Source: Vicugna vicugna
Lineage: Eukaryota
Direction: 5' to 3'
DNA: 64,000 nucleotides
Assembly (NCBI GenBank): GCA_013265495.1
Contig: MU058650.1
Location: 709,394 to 773,393 of the forward strand
Of this stretch, positions 14,061-26,464 are shown piece by piece. Numbering within the stretch: the first letter of the stretch is position 1; each line of letters begins with the position of its first letter. The translations under genes were made by a program, and so were the position numbers. Below the pieces are notes generated by a model. That model searched no databases. It saw only the letters and a list, made by a program, of their open reading frames with translations, and was not told where the DNA came from.

Positions 14061-14680
14061 CTGACAATGACAGATTAGCAATCGCAAATTTTTCCCAAAC
14101 ATTTGCTTTTTAAATGTTCCTTAACGGTCGCCAAAGACTTGTCATTACAACATACCCTCAAGATAGACATGTCACTGTTTGCCAGATGACAGCCTATTTT
14201 TCATTAATTACATTCTAGACTGATGTCTTCTGTTTTTTAGGGGAGTATCTTAGGTCCCTGGCTGGGAGATAAGAACCCCCTTATCTTATCAGAAACACTG
14301 ATCCAAACTGTTTCCTCCTGTAAAGATTTCCATAGATGAGCAATCTCATTCATTTATGATGCTTTATTAATTTTAATTTCAAAAACTGTCATTTCCTTTG
14401 TCCCCAACTAGTTGGAGCAGACACAGTTCTGAGTCTGCAGCTGAGACCAAGTGTCTCAAGGGCACATGCTGTGCTGAACACTGGAGGTGGGGATGAGGTG
14501 CAGAAACAGCAGAGATAAAGCGCTTGCCTTCAGTATGTGTATACTCTGGAGGTCCAAAACGGGTCCAAAACCGAAGACAGTGATCCAAATACCATATGGC
14601 GTGTTAAAGAAGCGACACAGAGATGGGCTGCTCTGGGAGTTCAGGGGTGACAGCTTCAAGGACTGGGCACTGTTAGTCCC

Positions 14681-15133
14681 TGTAGTGGGTGGAACAGTCC
14701 CCCCCTCCCGAAAAAATATACCCACGCCCTAAGCTCTAGAACGTGTACACGTGACCTTACTTGGGAAGAGGGCTTTGCAGATAGAATTAAGCTTAGGCTC
14801 TTGAGATAAGATCATCACGGATTACCTGGGTGGGTCCTAAATCCAATGACAAGGGACCTTATAAGAGACAAAGAAGCAAGGAGAAGGCAAGTTGAGGACA
14901 GGGGCAGAGATGGGAATGATGTAGCCACAAGCCAAGGGCCACCTGGAGCCACCAAAAGCTGACAAAGAAAAAGGAAGTTTCCTTTGCTAGAACCGTCGGA
15001 GAGAGTGTGGCCCTACCTACAACTTCCTTTCAGACTTTTGGCCTCCAGAACTGTGCCAGAATAAGTGTCTACTGGTTAGGCCACCAGGTTTGCAGTAATG
15101 TGTTACAGCAGCCAAGGAAACTAAAACCAATAC
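14681..15133 (+). mobile_element. MaLR LTR (MLT1-type)
   Basis: Typical MLT1 motifs (gtgaccttacttggg...ctttgcagat, gacttttggcctccagaactgt, gttacagcagcc). Confidence 0.8.
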
Positions 15134-15293
15134 AGTCTGTTTGCCCGGGACACTCTGTTCTCTTCATTCTTCAGGTATTGGCTTTAATATAACTTCCTCA
15201 GAGAATCATTCTCTAATGCCTACCTCCACCCCAGAGCTAATGTAGTTCCTTGTTTTATATTTTTATAGCCATTCCCTGTACTTTTCTTCCTAG

Positions 15294-15802
15294 TGTAACA
15301 GAGGAGAACAAATCTGACGCCGTATTAGATCTATTCCTTTGGCTTTAACCCTGTGCCCTGTTTTCCAGGCTCAGTCTTGCTTGTTCTGCACCTTTTGTGA
15401 AACAGTGTTGCCTTTTGCCTGAAATGTACAGGAGAGCCTGTTCCCCGGGCTCTGACCTTTAAGGATGTCCCCACGTCTGCGCTTGTGTAGAGATAGCAAG
15501 TTGCCAAACAGAAAATAACCTTTGTTTTGTTAGAGGTTTACAGGGACACCATGGCCGGACCCACATGGCCGGCTGCAGGAACAAAGAATTCCTGCAGCAA
15601 GAAGTCTGCAACAATGAACCACACCCCCTCCCCTATTTTTTTGTACTCTGACTGGAGCAGGATGGCTCTCCAAGACGTCAGCCTGCCATCCTCTCGGTCT
15701 GCCAGCTTTCTGAATAAAGTCACCATTCCTTGCCCCAACACCTCCTCTCCCAATTTATTGGCCTGTTGCACGGCGAGCAGAACGAGTTTGGACTCAGTAA
15801 CA
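15294..15802 (+). mobile_element. Solo ERV1-type LTR (509 bp)
   Basis: TGTAACA...GTAACA termini, perfect 4-bp TSD ctag, AATAAA near 15713. Confidence 0.9.
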
Positions 15803-15844
15803 CTAGGCCTTGTTCTGCTTTGTTTCATTTTCTTAAAGCCTGAA

Positions 15845-16104
15845 TCATTGAGGAGATGATGTGGAGACTTGGAGCAGGAAGGGGAGCAGCAGCTGCGAGA
15901 GGAGCAGGTCCTCCGGGAGGCGGGGAGGAGCAAAGAACAAGGGCTGCTTCAGGAATGGCCTGTGCTTCCCGAATTCAGCGGTACCTGCCGAGGTGCAGAT
16001 CCTCCAGAAGACGGACTTTGGCCATTCTGAAAGAAATCCCAGCCTAGAGGACCGTCGTGGGGGGCTGAGTGATCCCCCCACAAAAGGAGTCCGTGTGGGA
16101 TGGA
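15845..16104 (-). pseudogene. Candidate relic exon (3' boundary uncertain, next to the LTR insertion)
   Basis: Acceptor ATTTCTGCAG, phase-1 start, 85 open codons (HPTRTPFVGG...WPKSVFWRIC...LPEDLLLSQLLLPFLL). Confidence 0.4.
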
Positions 16105-17634
16105 CTGCAGAAATTCAGTTGGGGGGGGCAGGACTTGTCTTGGAGAACTATGGAAAAGTCAGCTCCTAGTAATGGGGTTCTCTGAAAAGCCCCCAGAACT
16201 CTTACCAGAGGAAAGATCAGCCCAGAGAGCCCACGACCAGGGCACAGCTAGGGGCGCTGCGGCTCCGCCTGGTCTTGTTTTGCTTTGCTCCTTGTGTCTC
16301 TTTTCTCTCCTGCTCCACCTGTGGCGCAGCCAGCGCCAACTTAGCGAATCAAGCACGGGGAGGACAGAATTAGAGCATCCCCATGATCTTTTTCCTGTTG
16401 CGTGTTTCCCAGTCTGGGCAGGCTTTTCTAGGGGGTGGTGGGGAGAAACTATGAATCAGATGAGAAACTGAATAGATGAGACTGGCCTGAACTTTGAATA
16501 CCTGAAAAAAATGGCATTATTCATTAACACCTGAAAATGACTTCATAAAGCTGTGGGGTTTACACAGGACTTCATCCAGAAGTAAAGAAAGCTGCAATAA
16601 ATCTTGCCTAAAGGCAATAGTGTGAAAGAAAAAAGCTGCTTCTCCCTGCACAGATTGAGTAAATAAAAGGAGACAGCCTAGTAAAGAAAAGAGATGGGAC
16701 GTAGACAGGCTAGGAGAGGAGAGAAGGGAGGGAGAAGGGAAGGTATCAAATCATACCTTTGATCGTGGGACCCACCCCCTGGCCCCATCTGCCTAACTTT
16801 AGTTTCCCCAAATTCATAGTTTTGGAAACTGCTAATTCTTTCCTATACTGAGGTTAAATGGCGTAAGCCACCTGTAGCCACGTTTCTCCCCTTGTCTTTG
16901 CTGAGCATGCTCAAGTCTCCTGGCTCCGTACTATTTCCAGGCTAGAAGAAACGTACTATTTCTGTGCTACAGGAATGTATTGCTTCATTACAGCTTTCCC
17001 AGGTGCCTTAAATAAAAATAGCTCTAAATGAAGTTACATTAGAGAGCACCCTTTAAACGTCAGCTGCTAATGAGCACCTTTTTAAGACAGTCCACTGAAA
17101 AGCAGAGTTTGTCACCCCTTCGCAATTGTTTTTAAAATGAGCTAGGAAAAACAGTGACTTTTTCCTGAGGATCAGGGTGGCTTCCCTGAGATGGATGCCA
17201 AATGGTGCAACAAGTTTACCGGGGACTCTCAATTATTGGGCTAAAAAAAATAAACCATTTTTCATAACAACTACCACCCAATGATACTATGTTAAACTCG
17301 TTTTTCTTCTTGACTAGGTTCTATAACATTTTAGTCACTTCTGAGTTTGATTTTCAAAAATGTCTTAGTTGAGACATTCAAAAATTTCTATGACTCTATC
17401 CTGTCATTTTTTTCCTTTTAATCTTTTTATTGTATAAACATGTAATATGTACACATCTTTTAATGTGAGAGAGATTAGCTTATTCTGCATATGTAGTTGT
17501 ACTTCGAAAAAATAGAATAATATATTTATTACCAATAAGAATATTATATTATTTTTCCATGTCTTTGCTATTTGATGAATCACAATTTATTTTCTCCCTT
17601 GTTGTAGAATGAAGATACCTTTTTATTGTTACAT

Positions 17635-18930
17635 TCACTCATTTGTTTTATTTTTTAAGATTTCCCATATAAGTGATAACGTACAGTATTTGTCTTTCTC
17701 CTTTTGACTTATTTCACTAAGCATAATACCCTCCAGGTCTATCCATGTTGTTGCAAATGGCAAATTTTCATTCTTTTTAATGGCTGAGTAGTATTCCATT
17801 GTGTAAATATACCACCTCTTCTTTATCCAGTCATCTGTTGATGGACATTTAGGTTGCTTCCATATCTTGGCAATTGTAAATAACACTGCTTTGAACATTG
17901 GGGTGCATGTATTTTTTTCAATTTAGTGTTTTCAGGTTTTATTTTGGGTGTTTTTTTGCCAGGGAAGGGCATATACCCAGGAATGGAATTGCTGGATCAT
18001 ATGGTCGTTCTATTTTTTTTTTTTTTTGAGGAACCTCCATACTGTTTTCTATGGTGGCTGCACCAATTTATATTTCCACCAACAGCATACAAGTGTTCTC
18101 TTTTCTCCATATCCTTGCCAACATTGATTACTTGTGGTCTTTTTAATGATAGCCATTCTGAACATCATGAAGTGATATCTTATTGCGGTTTTGGTTTTGA
18201 TTTGAACTTATGCGATGATTAGTGATGCTGAATATCTTTTCATGTGCCTGTTGGCCATCTGTGTGTCCTCATTGGATAAATGTCTATTCGGGCCTTCTTG
18301 CCCATTTTTAAATTGGGTTGCTAAGCTTTTTTGATGTTGAGTTGTATGAGTTGTTTATATATTTTGGATATTAACCCCTTTTCAGTCATATACTTTGCAA
18401 ATATTTCCTCCCATTCTGTAGGTTGTCTTTTTGTTTTGCTTATGGTTTCCTTTGCTGTGCAAAAGCTTTTAAGTTTAATTAAGTTCCATTTATTTATTTT
18501 TGCTTTTGTTTCCTTTCCCTAAGAGACAGATCAAAAAAAGAAAATATTGCTACAGTTTATGCCAAAAAGTGTTCCTTCTATGTTTTCTTCTAGTCTTTTT
18601 ATGGTTTCTGGTCTTTAATCCATTTTGAGTTCATTTCTTGTATATGGTGTGAAAAAACGTTCTAATGTCAGTCTTTTACATGGAGCTGTCAAGTTTCCCA
18701 GCACCACTTGTTGAAGAGACTGTTTTTCCCCCATTGTATATTCTTGCCTCCTTTGTCATAGATGAATTGACAATAAGGGCATGGGTTTATTTCTGGGCTC
18801 AATTCTGTTCCACTGCTCTAAGTGCCGGTACCACACTGTTTTGATTGCTATAGCTTTGTAATATGGTCTTAAGTCAGGAACCATAAAACCCCCAGCTCTG
18901 TTCTTCTTTCTCGAGATTGCTTTGGCCTTG
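17635..18930 (-). mobile_element. L1 ORF2 3' fragment
   Basis: Minus-strand ORF2 remnants ([26 protein letters not shown]). Confidence 0.9.
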
Positions 18931-19012
18931 TTCATTTTCAAACTTCAATTTCATACATGATTTAAAGCTCTTCTCCTATCCCATCCCCTCCCCAGTCCCA
19001 ATCACAGCTCAC

Positions 19013-19429
19013 CTTGCGGTTCAAGCTGCTTCTGGTAGAGGATGGGGCGTGCCTGTCTCTCATGCACCTCATTACACTCCCTCTTCCCAGTCAAGGTAGG
19101 AAAGAGGAAGACAGGAAGACAGACATGTTCCTTGACTAAGCAAGGTCTCAGTTCTCTTCGTGGGTATCCAGGGCGACCCTTCTGAAGCACAGACTGTAGG
19201 CTCCCTGCGGGCTTGCGGTCATTCCCACCTGCCCTGTTAATGAGGGGCCTTCTCCCCAGCAGCAACTCTAGGCCTCAGCAGTCACTGTGATGCGGTCACA
19301 TCTTGGGCACCATCAGCCCATGTGTGATTCATCCTCTCCACCCCCAGAGAGAGGACAGCTTTGGCCCCATCTTCAACTGGCAGTTCCCTCCCCAAGGCAA
19401 ATCCTTTCTTCATTCTCTTTTCCCTGATG
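19013..19429 (-). pseudogene. Candidate relic exon
   Basis: TACTAAT branch point, acceptor TTAACACAG, donor AAG/GTGAGC; reads IREKRMKKGFALG...GSLQSVLQKGRPGYPRRELRPCL...EPQ with one frameshift; phase 2 to 1. Confidence 0.55.
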
Positions 19430-21088
19430 CTGTGTTAACACAGAAGCAAATTAGTAGGCCTACTATTTAGGCAAAGACCTAACAAGGGAATAACATGCAA
19501 GTCTTCCTTCCTCCAACCCCCTCCCTCATTTTCACAAGTGGTTCTACTGGGACCTGTCACTCCAGACGATGGTGACACCCCCCCACCCCTCTACGCTAGA
19601 AGGTTCTGAGGGGAGAAAACCCCAGTATCATCAGATACACTGCATCACACTTCCCAAAGCCAGCCTCCCCCCTTGCAGAGCTTCCTTAAATTAAGAATGA
19701 GGAGTAGGAGAGGGGAAAAGGTACTTGGAAGAACAGAGAGGCAATGATAGGCCAATTCTCTGAACTAAAATTTTTTCAGTAAGCTGTATGGATAAATGGT
19801 TGCTGCCCAGTGGGGCAGTTCTCTGGATTTAGACTATTGATATAAGTAGAACTTTTAATTCCTAACTTTGAGATTCGAAGACAACTGAAAAATTCTCACA
19901 TGACATCCTAATACAATAGTTTCCATGGAATTTATATACATATTGTTTTCAGCAATTCCAGAAATGTAAATGTTAAGGAGATCAAGTCCTAATACTCTAA
20001 TACTCTTCTTTTTCTTTACCAAGTAATTTGGTGGTGGAGGACGAAGTGGTCGGTGAGACCACAGTATATAGCAAATAAGTCCACTAGACGTAGAGGTTAC
20101 ATGCGTACATACATACATGCATTCACACACACACATCTGAAGTTGTATGTCAAGCAAATCACATAATTGTGCGGGAATAGTGGGGAATATATAAGGTCTA
20201 CTTTTGAGGAGTTAGAACCATTTCTTCTGGGTTATAAAAATGCAAGTGATTCAACAGGGTTCTCATGGGACGTAATATCCACTTCCTGGACTGGATGCCT
20301 CTCTTTATAACTATATACTCTTGTTTTATCTTGGTATCATTTTCACTTTCTGTTACTTTCTTTCTTTTTCCCCTCTCATTCTTTTAAGTCAACATTTATC
20401 GAGTACCAAAAGGGAAAACAATTTGGAAACAAAGACAAGTAAAACCATGAATAAATGCCTTCTCCAAAGAATTTCCATTCTAGTGGGGAAAATAGACCCA
20501 TAAATAGATCATCAAAATGTAAAAGTGTGAGAATGGAGACTTGCACAAGGTACAGAGCACTGGTTGAAAGAATAAATGAAAAGGGAAGTAGCAAGTACGC
20601 TGATTAGGGACGCCGTGGGGTGGAAGCTGACCACAAGGAAGGAATATTCTGAGAGAAAAGTAACTTTTGTGCCAATCATTAAAGATTATAAACTACCTTT
20701 TTCCTATAAGAATATATTGTGAACATTAATCCATGTCAACAGACACAGCTCTAACTCATCATTTTTAATAGCAGCAAAGCACTTCAGAAGAGAAGTATAT
20801 CGTAATTTAACCATAGTTCATACACATACATGTACAGATTCTACTTTTGCACCATTTAAAATACTTGATGGTCACAGTTAAGCATTTGTGCAATTGTTTT
20901 CTTAGGATATTTACAAGTCGAATTACCATGTCAATGGATATGTACATTGAAATTTTTGAGTGTCCTCCAGAAAGTACCAGAGAGGTACTAATTTGTACTT
21001 CCGCTAAAGGTGAATGAGAATGCCTGTTTCTCAAAATTTTCTTCCTAAATAGATAAAGCTGGTAGATATCTAGAGAATGAATTACAGG

Positions 21089-21446
21089 ATGGTATGCACT
21101 GAATTGTATACCCCCCCAAAATTCATATGTTGAAGTCCTAACCCTCAACGTGACTATATTTGGAGACAGGACCTTTAAAGAGGTAATTAATGTTAAATGA
21201 GGTCATAAAGGTAGAACCATATTTCACTATGACTGAGGTCTTTCTAAGAAGAAGAGAGACACCAAAGATGTATACACACAGAGCAAAGACCACAGTGCAA
21301 AGGCGGCCATCTGCAAGTCATGGAGCAAGGTCTCAGGAGAAACCAAACCTGCTAAAACATTGATCTTAGACTTTGAGTCTCTAGAAACGGGAGAAAATAA
21401 ATTTCTGTTGTTCGAGTTACCCAACCGTGGTACTTTGCTATGGCAG
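21089..21446 (+). mobile_element. MaLR LTR (MLT1A/B-type)
   Basis: aaaattcatatgttgaagtcctaacc...tggtactttgctatggcag. Confidence 0.8.
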
Positions 21447-21880
21447 AATATAAAGGAAAATGCAATCAGAATCAGTAAGCCCATTTAAGATTCTGTGGCA
21501 GTAATCTGAGTGAGGCAGTGAGGGTGGGGATGCAGGTGAGGAGATAAGCTCAAGATATATTTAGGAGGTGAAGTTGTCTAGTATTGCTGATCAATGCTAT
21601 GATGTAACGCTTTGGGAAATGCATCACTTAAAAGTGCATGACTGCTAATAACAGAAACTGGAAATAACAGATGCTTTTTCCTTCACACACACACAAAAGT
21701 GGGTGCACAGAGAGGGTAGCAGTTCAGGGCCAGTCAGACAGCTCTATGGAGTCATCAAGGATATTGGTTCCTCCCATCTTTCTCTGGCCATTCTTAATGT
21801 GTCACTTCCTGGATCAAGATGGCTGTTAGAGCTCCATCCATCATATCTACATTCCAAGCAGAAGGAAGGAGGAAGGAAAG

Positions 21881-22563
21881 CCACTATGGAAAACAGTATG
21901 GAGATTCCTCAAAAGAGTAGGAATAGACTTACCATATGACCCAGGAATCCCACTCCTGGGCATATAACCAGAAGGAACCCTACTTCAAAATGACACCTGC
22001 ACCCCTATGTTCATAGCAGCACTATTTACAATAGCTAAGACATGGAAACAGCCTAAATGTCCATCAACAGAAGACTGGATAAAGAAGAAGTGGTATATTT
22101 ATATGATGGAATACTATTCAGCCACAAAAACTGACAACATGATGCCATTTGCGGCAGCATGGATGTTCCTGGAGAATGTCATTCTAAGTGAAGTAAGCCA
22201 GAAAGACAAAGAAAAATATCATAAATATCATATGAGATTGCTCATATGTGGCATCTAAAAAAAAAAAAAAGAACATAAATACAAAACAGAAATAGACTCA
22301 TAGACATAGAATACAAACTTGTGGTTTCCAAGGGGGCAGGGTGGGAAGGGATAGACTGGGATTTCAAAATTGTAGAATAGATAAACAAGATTATACTGTA
22401 TAGCACAGGGAAATATATACAAGATCTTATGGTAGCTCATGGAGAAAAAAATGTGACAATGAACATATATGTTCATGTATAATTGAAAAATTGTGCTCTA
22501 CACTGGAATTTGACACAAGATTGTAAAATGACTATAAATCAACAAAAAATGATAAAAAAAAAA
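21881..22563 (+). mobile_element. Young L1 3' fragment
   Basis: [23 protein letters not shown]2 end, 3' UTR and poly(A). Confidence 0.9.
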
Positions 22564-23036
22564 CTTTCCTAAAATTTCTACCCAATTAGTTCCACTAAAT
22601 TTCACTGTCAAGAACTTAATCCTATGGTCAAGTTGCATGAGGCTAAGTATGATCTGGTTGGGGGGTTTTGTCATTGTTTTTTTAACTGAGAAAGAAGAAA
22701 GAAGCCACATTGGGTAACTAGCAACTGGTAGATTCTGCCATAAGACACTGTTAAAAATAAAAGTTGCTGACGTATTAACAAGGTTGTAAAAAAAAAAAGA
22801 GGTTTTGTCCAACAAAACCAAAAAAAGCCTCATTTTCTTGCTGCTCATACTTACATCAGCACAACCACACACCCACCTGTATCCAATATTTTCTGTAAAC
22901 TCTCACATTTCACTTTTTCTATGTGACCAGTTAATTAAGCAAATTGAACTTAAAGAGATATGGAGATAAAAAGCTTTCATTTTCCCCCACTACTGCCATG
23001 AAGCTGCTCAGTTAGGTCTTGCCCCCGACCCCTTAC

Positions 23037-23278
23037 CCAGGGATCAGGCAGATCTCACAGCCTTTCAGTCTATTTTCAATCAAGACTATTGCTGGTCTAC
23101 CTAAATCAAAACATAGATCTCGCTTGCAGTTGTATATTGTTCCCCTCCCAGTGAGCTCGGGTCTTCCTCTGAGGGTTTGAGACCCAGCATGGGCAAGAGG
23201 GGATGGTTCAGTCTGCTCTTTGCCTGTGCACCTGCTCCTCTTGCCCTGCCACCCCAAGCTTTAGGCTTTTTCCCAGGA
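23037..23278 (-). pseudogene. Candidate relic exon with a dead acceptor (CAG>CTG)
   Basis: CTAAT branch point and pyrimidine tract end in CCACTG instead of CCACAG; donor GTAAGG; phase 2 to 2 with one frameshift. Confidence 0.4.
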
Positions 23279-23636
23279 CAGTGGCAGGAACAGGGAGATT
23301 AGAGAAAAAGGGGCCAAGGTGGAAGTGACCAGGGCTGTCATATTTAGATTACTGGTGACTTCCCTTATGACAGACATTGAAGAGCTGGCTCTCTCTTGTG
23401 GGGCACATCTGCAGATTCTTCAACAACAGAGCACTCTTTGGGGAGCTTTGCACTGTGCCTTTCTCTGATGTGGATCATCTCTCTGACTCAACTCTGACGC
23501 TTGTCCCTCACCTCCTCAGCTCCACTCATCAACACACCCATAGCCACTCTCCGCCGGGGACTCCTCCCTCCAGTTGGCAGCCCACATGGGGAGGCTCAGG
23601 GCTTCCACGGCAGCCACGTGACCTGAGGGGACTCAC

Positions 23637-23958
23637 ACATCTTTAGTCTGCCAGGGCAGGCTGCTTTCGTGTCTTGCTTTCATAGCGCGGGCGGTTCCAG
23701 CCGGCTTCCTGTCTTTTGGATTCTCCAGACAGGAGGCAGTCGCTCAGTCTCAAACTCGTAGAAACCCATTTCAGCACCTTCCGAGAACTCTCACCATGCT
23801 CCAAATCTGCAGCTCTTCCAGGGCGGCCCTAAGGGTTTCTACAGCTAAGTACGCTTCTAGCCAATGAGCGAGACACTGGTTTCCCTTCTTGAAACTTCCA
23901 ACTTTCTCTTCTTTCAAGTTCTTATCTCTATGAGCCATTTCCTTGGACTCTTCTCTCA
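23637..23958 (-). pseudogene. Candidate relic exon
   Basis: Acceptor TTTGTCCTTTCTCCCTTTCCAAACAAG, donor GTGAGT; reads REESKEMAH...AHWLEAYLAVETLRAALEELQIWSMVR; three clustered stops; phase 1 to 2. Confidence 0.55.
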
Positions 23959-24052
23959 CTTGTTTGGAAAGGGAGAAAGGACAAAGACAAATCATCCTCC
24001 ACTCTTACAAAGTCCTCAAGTGAACCCTTTTGGCACTCCTAGTGCCTCCTAC

Positions 24053-24174
24053 ACAGATCGGAGGGAAGTGATAGAACGCTCTCTGCCATCTTTGCGCAGG
24101 TCTTGCATGGCTGAGTCTGGGATCTCTTCTTAGACAGTGTGGGTACATCTTCCCTATAATCCTCATCATTGAGG
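24053..24174 (-). pseudogene. Candidate relic exon
   Basis: Open frame LNDEDYREDVPTLSKKRSQTQPCKTCAKMAESVLSLPSDL; phase-1 donor GTAGGA leads across a 94-nt intron in frame into the next exon. Confidence 0.45.
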
Positions 24175-25442
24175 CTTTAACTGAAATTCAGAAGCAGTAT
24201 ATGTCCCATTTAATAGCCTTTTTTGGGGGAATAGCCTTTTTTTTTGACTTATGAAAATAAGTTTAATAATCCTAAATAAAATACCAGAAAATAGAATTAA
24301 ATGAAATATTAAAAGAATAACACTTAACAATAAAGTAGAGTCTATCCCAGGATTGCAAAAATGATTTAGTGTTAGGAAATTAGTCACATAATCTCTCAGA
24401 TCAGGGCATTAATTTTTTAGAGATAGCCTTATGCGTAGACTCCTGTTAAACTCAACATCTTGACCTCATGACAGTTCTAAAATCTGGGAAGAGAATGATA
24501 TTTGTTGAACATAATAGAGTATTATGTTGTACAAAAAATGTCTCTTCCATGAGGATCCTGGTTATAGTCAAATCATTGTATATATAATTATATGACACTA
24601 GCAATGGGAAGAAAATACATAAACACATCCCTTGGTTATTCTCAGGTGCGTTTCTTTCACATTGTTGAAACAGTATCTTCCCATCAATTTGTAAGGTTAA
24701 TATTAAACAATTCCTTCCCCTCCCCTTCCCATCAAGCTATAATTAAGTCGTTGCATCTTAGAACCAACATCTCTAATTTGAGAAAATCAGACATATCTCA
24801 AATGAGTAACTCACTTCATATCTACCAGCATAACACTCGAGTTTTGACACTAAAATCAGAAACAAGACAGGGATGCTCATTATCACCATTATTATCTAAA
24901 TTTGTCTTCCAGCAAAGACACCTGGTTCCTAGGGACAGGCAGAAGTCCTCCAGGGGCATACATGCTTTTTGCCAACTTTTCCTTTTAGCAGCTTCAGTTT
25001 TATATCACCCAGAGTGAGTGTGATAATGTTGAAGTCGCTGAAGTTATGGGTTATTTTATGTTTTGATGTGGGATTTTTCGTTTCTTGATTGGAAGGAGGA
25101 GGCAGAAACTGGAGAAAAGGGATCACCCTAGGAGGGGGCTGCTGGCAAGGAGTGGAGTCGGCCCCACAGAGTCCTGGGGACTCTGGCCACTAGGTCCTGT
25201 GGGTCACAAGAAGTTCCCTCCTAAATTCTGTTAGGATTTCAGAGAATTTTTGCACAGTAATAAGCTCTGGGTTTGCTCTTTGGGCTCCTCAAAAGGGAAA
25301 AGTTAACTCAAAGATTGTAAACTATTAAGTATTGCAGCCACGTTGCTGACCTAGATGGATAGTTGTACCTCAAAAAAGTAGGTGAGAAATGGCTTCCTCA
25401 TTCCCAGGTTGTCAAACACTAATGACAGAAGAGCTTACTTAC

Positions 25443-25667
25443 GTGCCAAAATTCACTTTTATACTAGTTTTTCAGTGCTTTCATATTTGTAACTTAAATT
25501 TAAAACTCGTATTTACAAACACTACTGTAACTTCAGTGAAACAATCGTATGATTGGGGGAAAAGAGACTTGACAGCTCATTCCAAGCTTGAAGAATCATT
25601 TTCTCTGTGTCTTCTTTGATCTTAGCAACCAGGTGTCCAGAAGTCCTTGAGGATATTCATAATTCTT
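25443..25667 (-). pseudogene. Candidate relic exon
   Basis: Long polypyrimidine acceptor (TCTGTTTCTTCCCCATTCTCTAAG), donor GTAAGT, 225 bp; reads EL*ISSRTSGHLVAKIKEDTEKMILQAWNELSSLFSP. Confidence 0.5.
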
Positions 25668-26210
25668 CTTAGAGAATGGGGAAGAAACAGAAGCCAGAGA
25701 TGGAGACTTAATAATAAAAATTATTTTCCATCTTTGTTATGTGTAAGTAACCAATTTGAAATTATTTCTCAGTAAATTACAGAGACTGGGGAAAAGGTAG
25801 ACACATTGCTTTTCTCCTTTGATACTTTTTGCCTAGGCAGAGCCCCCAAGAAAAACTAAATTTGAATAAAGAGTAACGAACACCATGGAGATAATGCTCG
25901 AGTGCATTCTTTTCTTCCCAAGTTAAAAATTTGGTGGAGGGTGGGGTGGGGAAGGGGATGGGAAACGAAGTGAGTAAGGGATCCACTCTTTATTTAAATG
26001 ACAAGTATTTATCGAGCACTTGTATATGTCAGGTATAGTCCTAGGCTCTGTATCCTACTGGCCGAACTACGATTTAAATATTTTCTTGGATTTGTCATTA
26101 AAACAGCAGTATCCTTCATTTTCACAGATGGCAAAATTTCAGTGTCTCCAGTATGGAACTTTCCTACATTTCCTAGCAATGAATGGAAATCAGGATTCAA
26201 GTCATGGTAC

Positions 26211-26464
26211 CCGGTAAGATCTGTGAATGTGTTTGCTCAATTAGTATTCCTAGTCTCGACATGCAGCTTATTAAGATTTTGAGCAGAGCTTTAATGTGGC
26301 CGTGAAGCTAGGAGGAACTTGGAGGTGTTTCTACTTCACGAGCAGCCAGGCACCTCCTCTCTGACTTCGGATGCAGCTTCATTAGCCATCTGAACTCAGG
26401 TTCAGTTTGCTCAGCCAGAGCCTTAGTCAGCCCGGAAGTTTGGCTGGGAATATTTCTCACAAAG
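26211..26464 (-). pseudogene. Candidate relic exon
   Basis: Acceptor CCCTTTTTCCATTCTCAG; 84-codon frame with a single stop; phase 2 to 1; donor GTACCA weak. Confidence 0.4.

Noticed and set aside
15866..16030. Plus-strand E/Q-rich frame (DLEQEGEQQLREEQVLREAG)
   Set aside because: No partner exons on the plus strand; it is explained as the antisense of the Leu/Pro-rich minus-strand frame.
24592..25017. Longest ORF in the track (141 aa)
   Set aside because: It includes a degenerate L1 ORF2 piece (LKSETRQGCSLSPLL) and otherwise looks like a chance frame.
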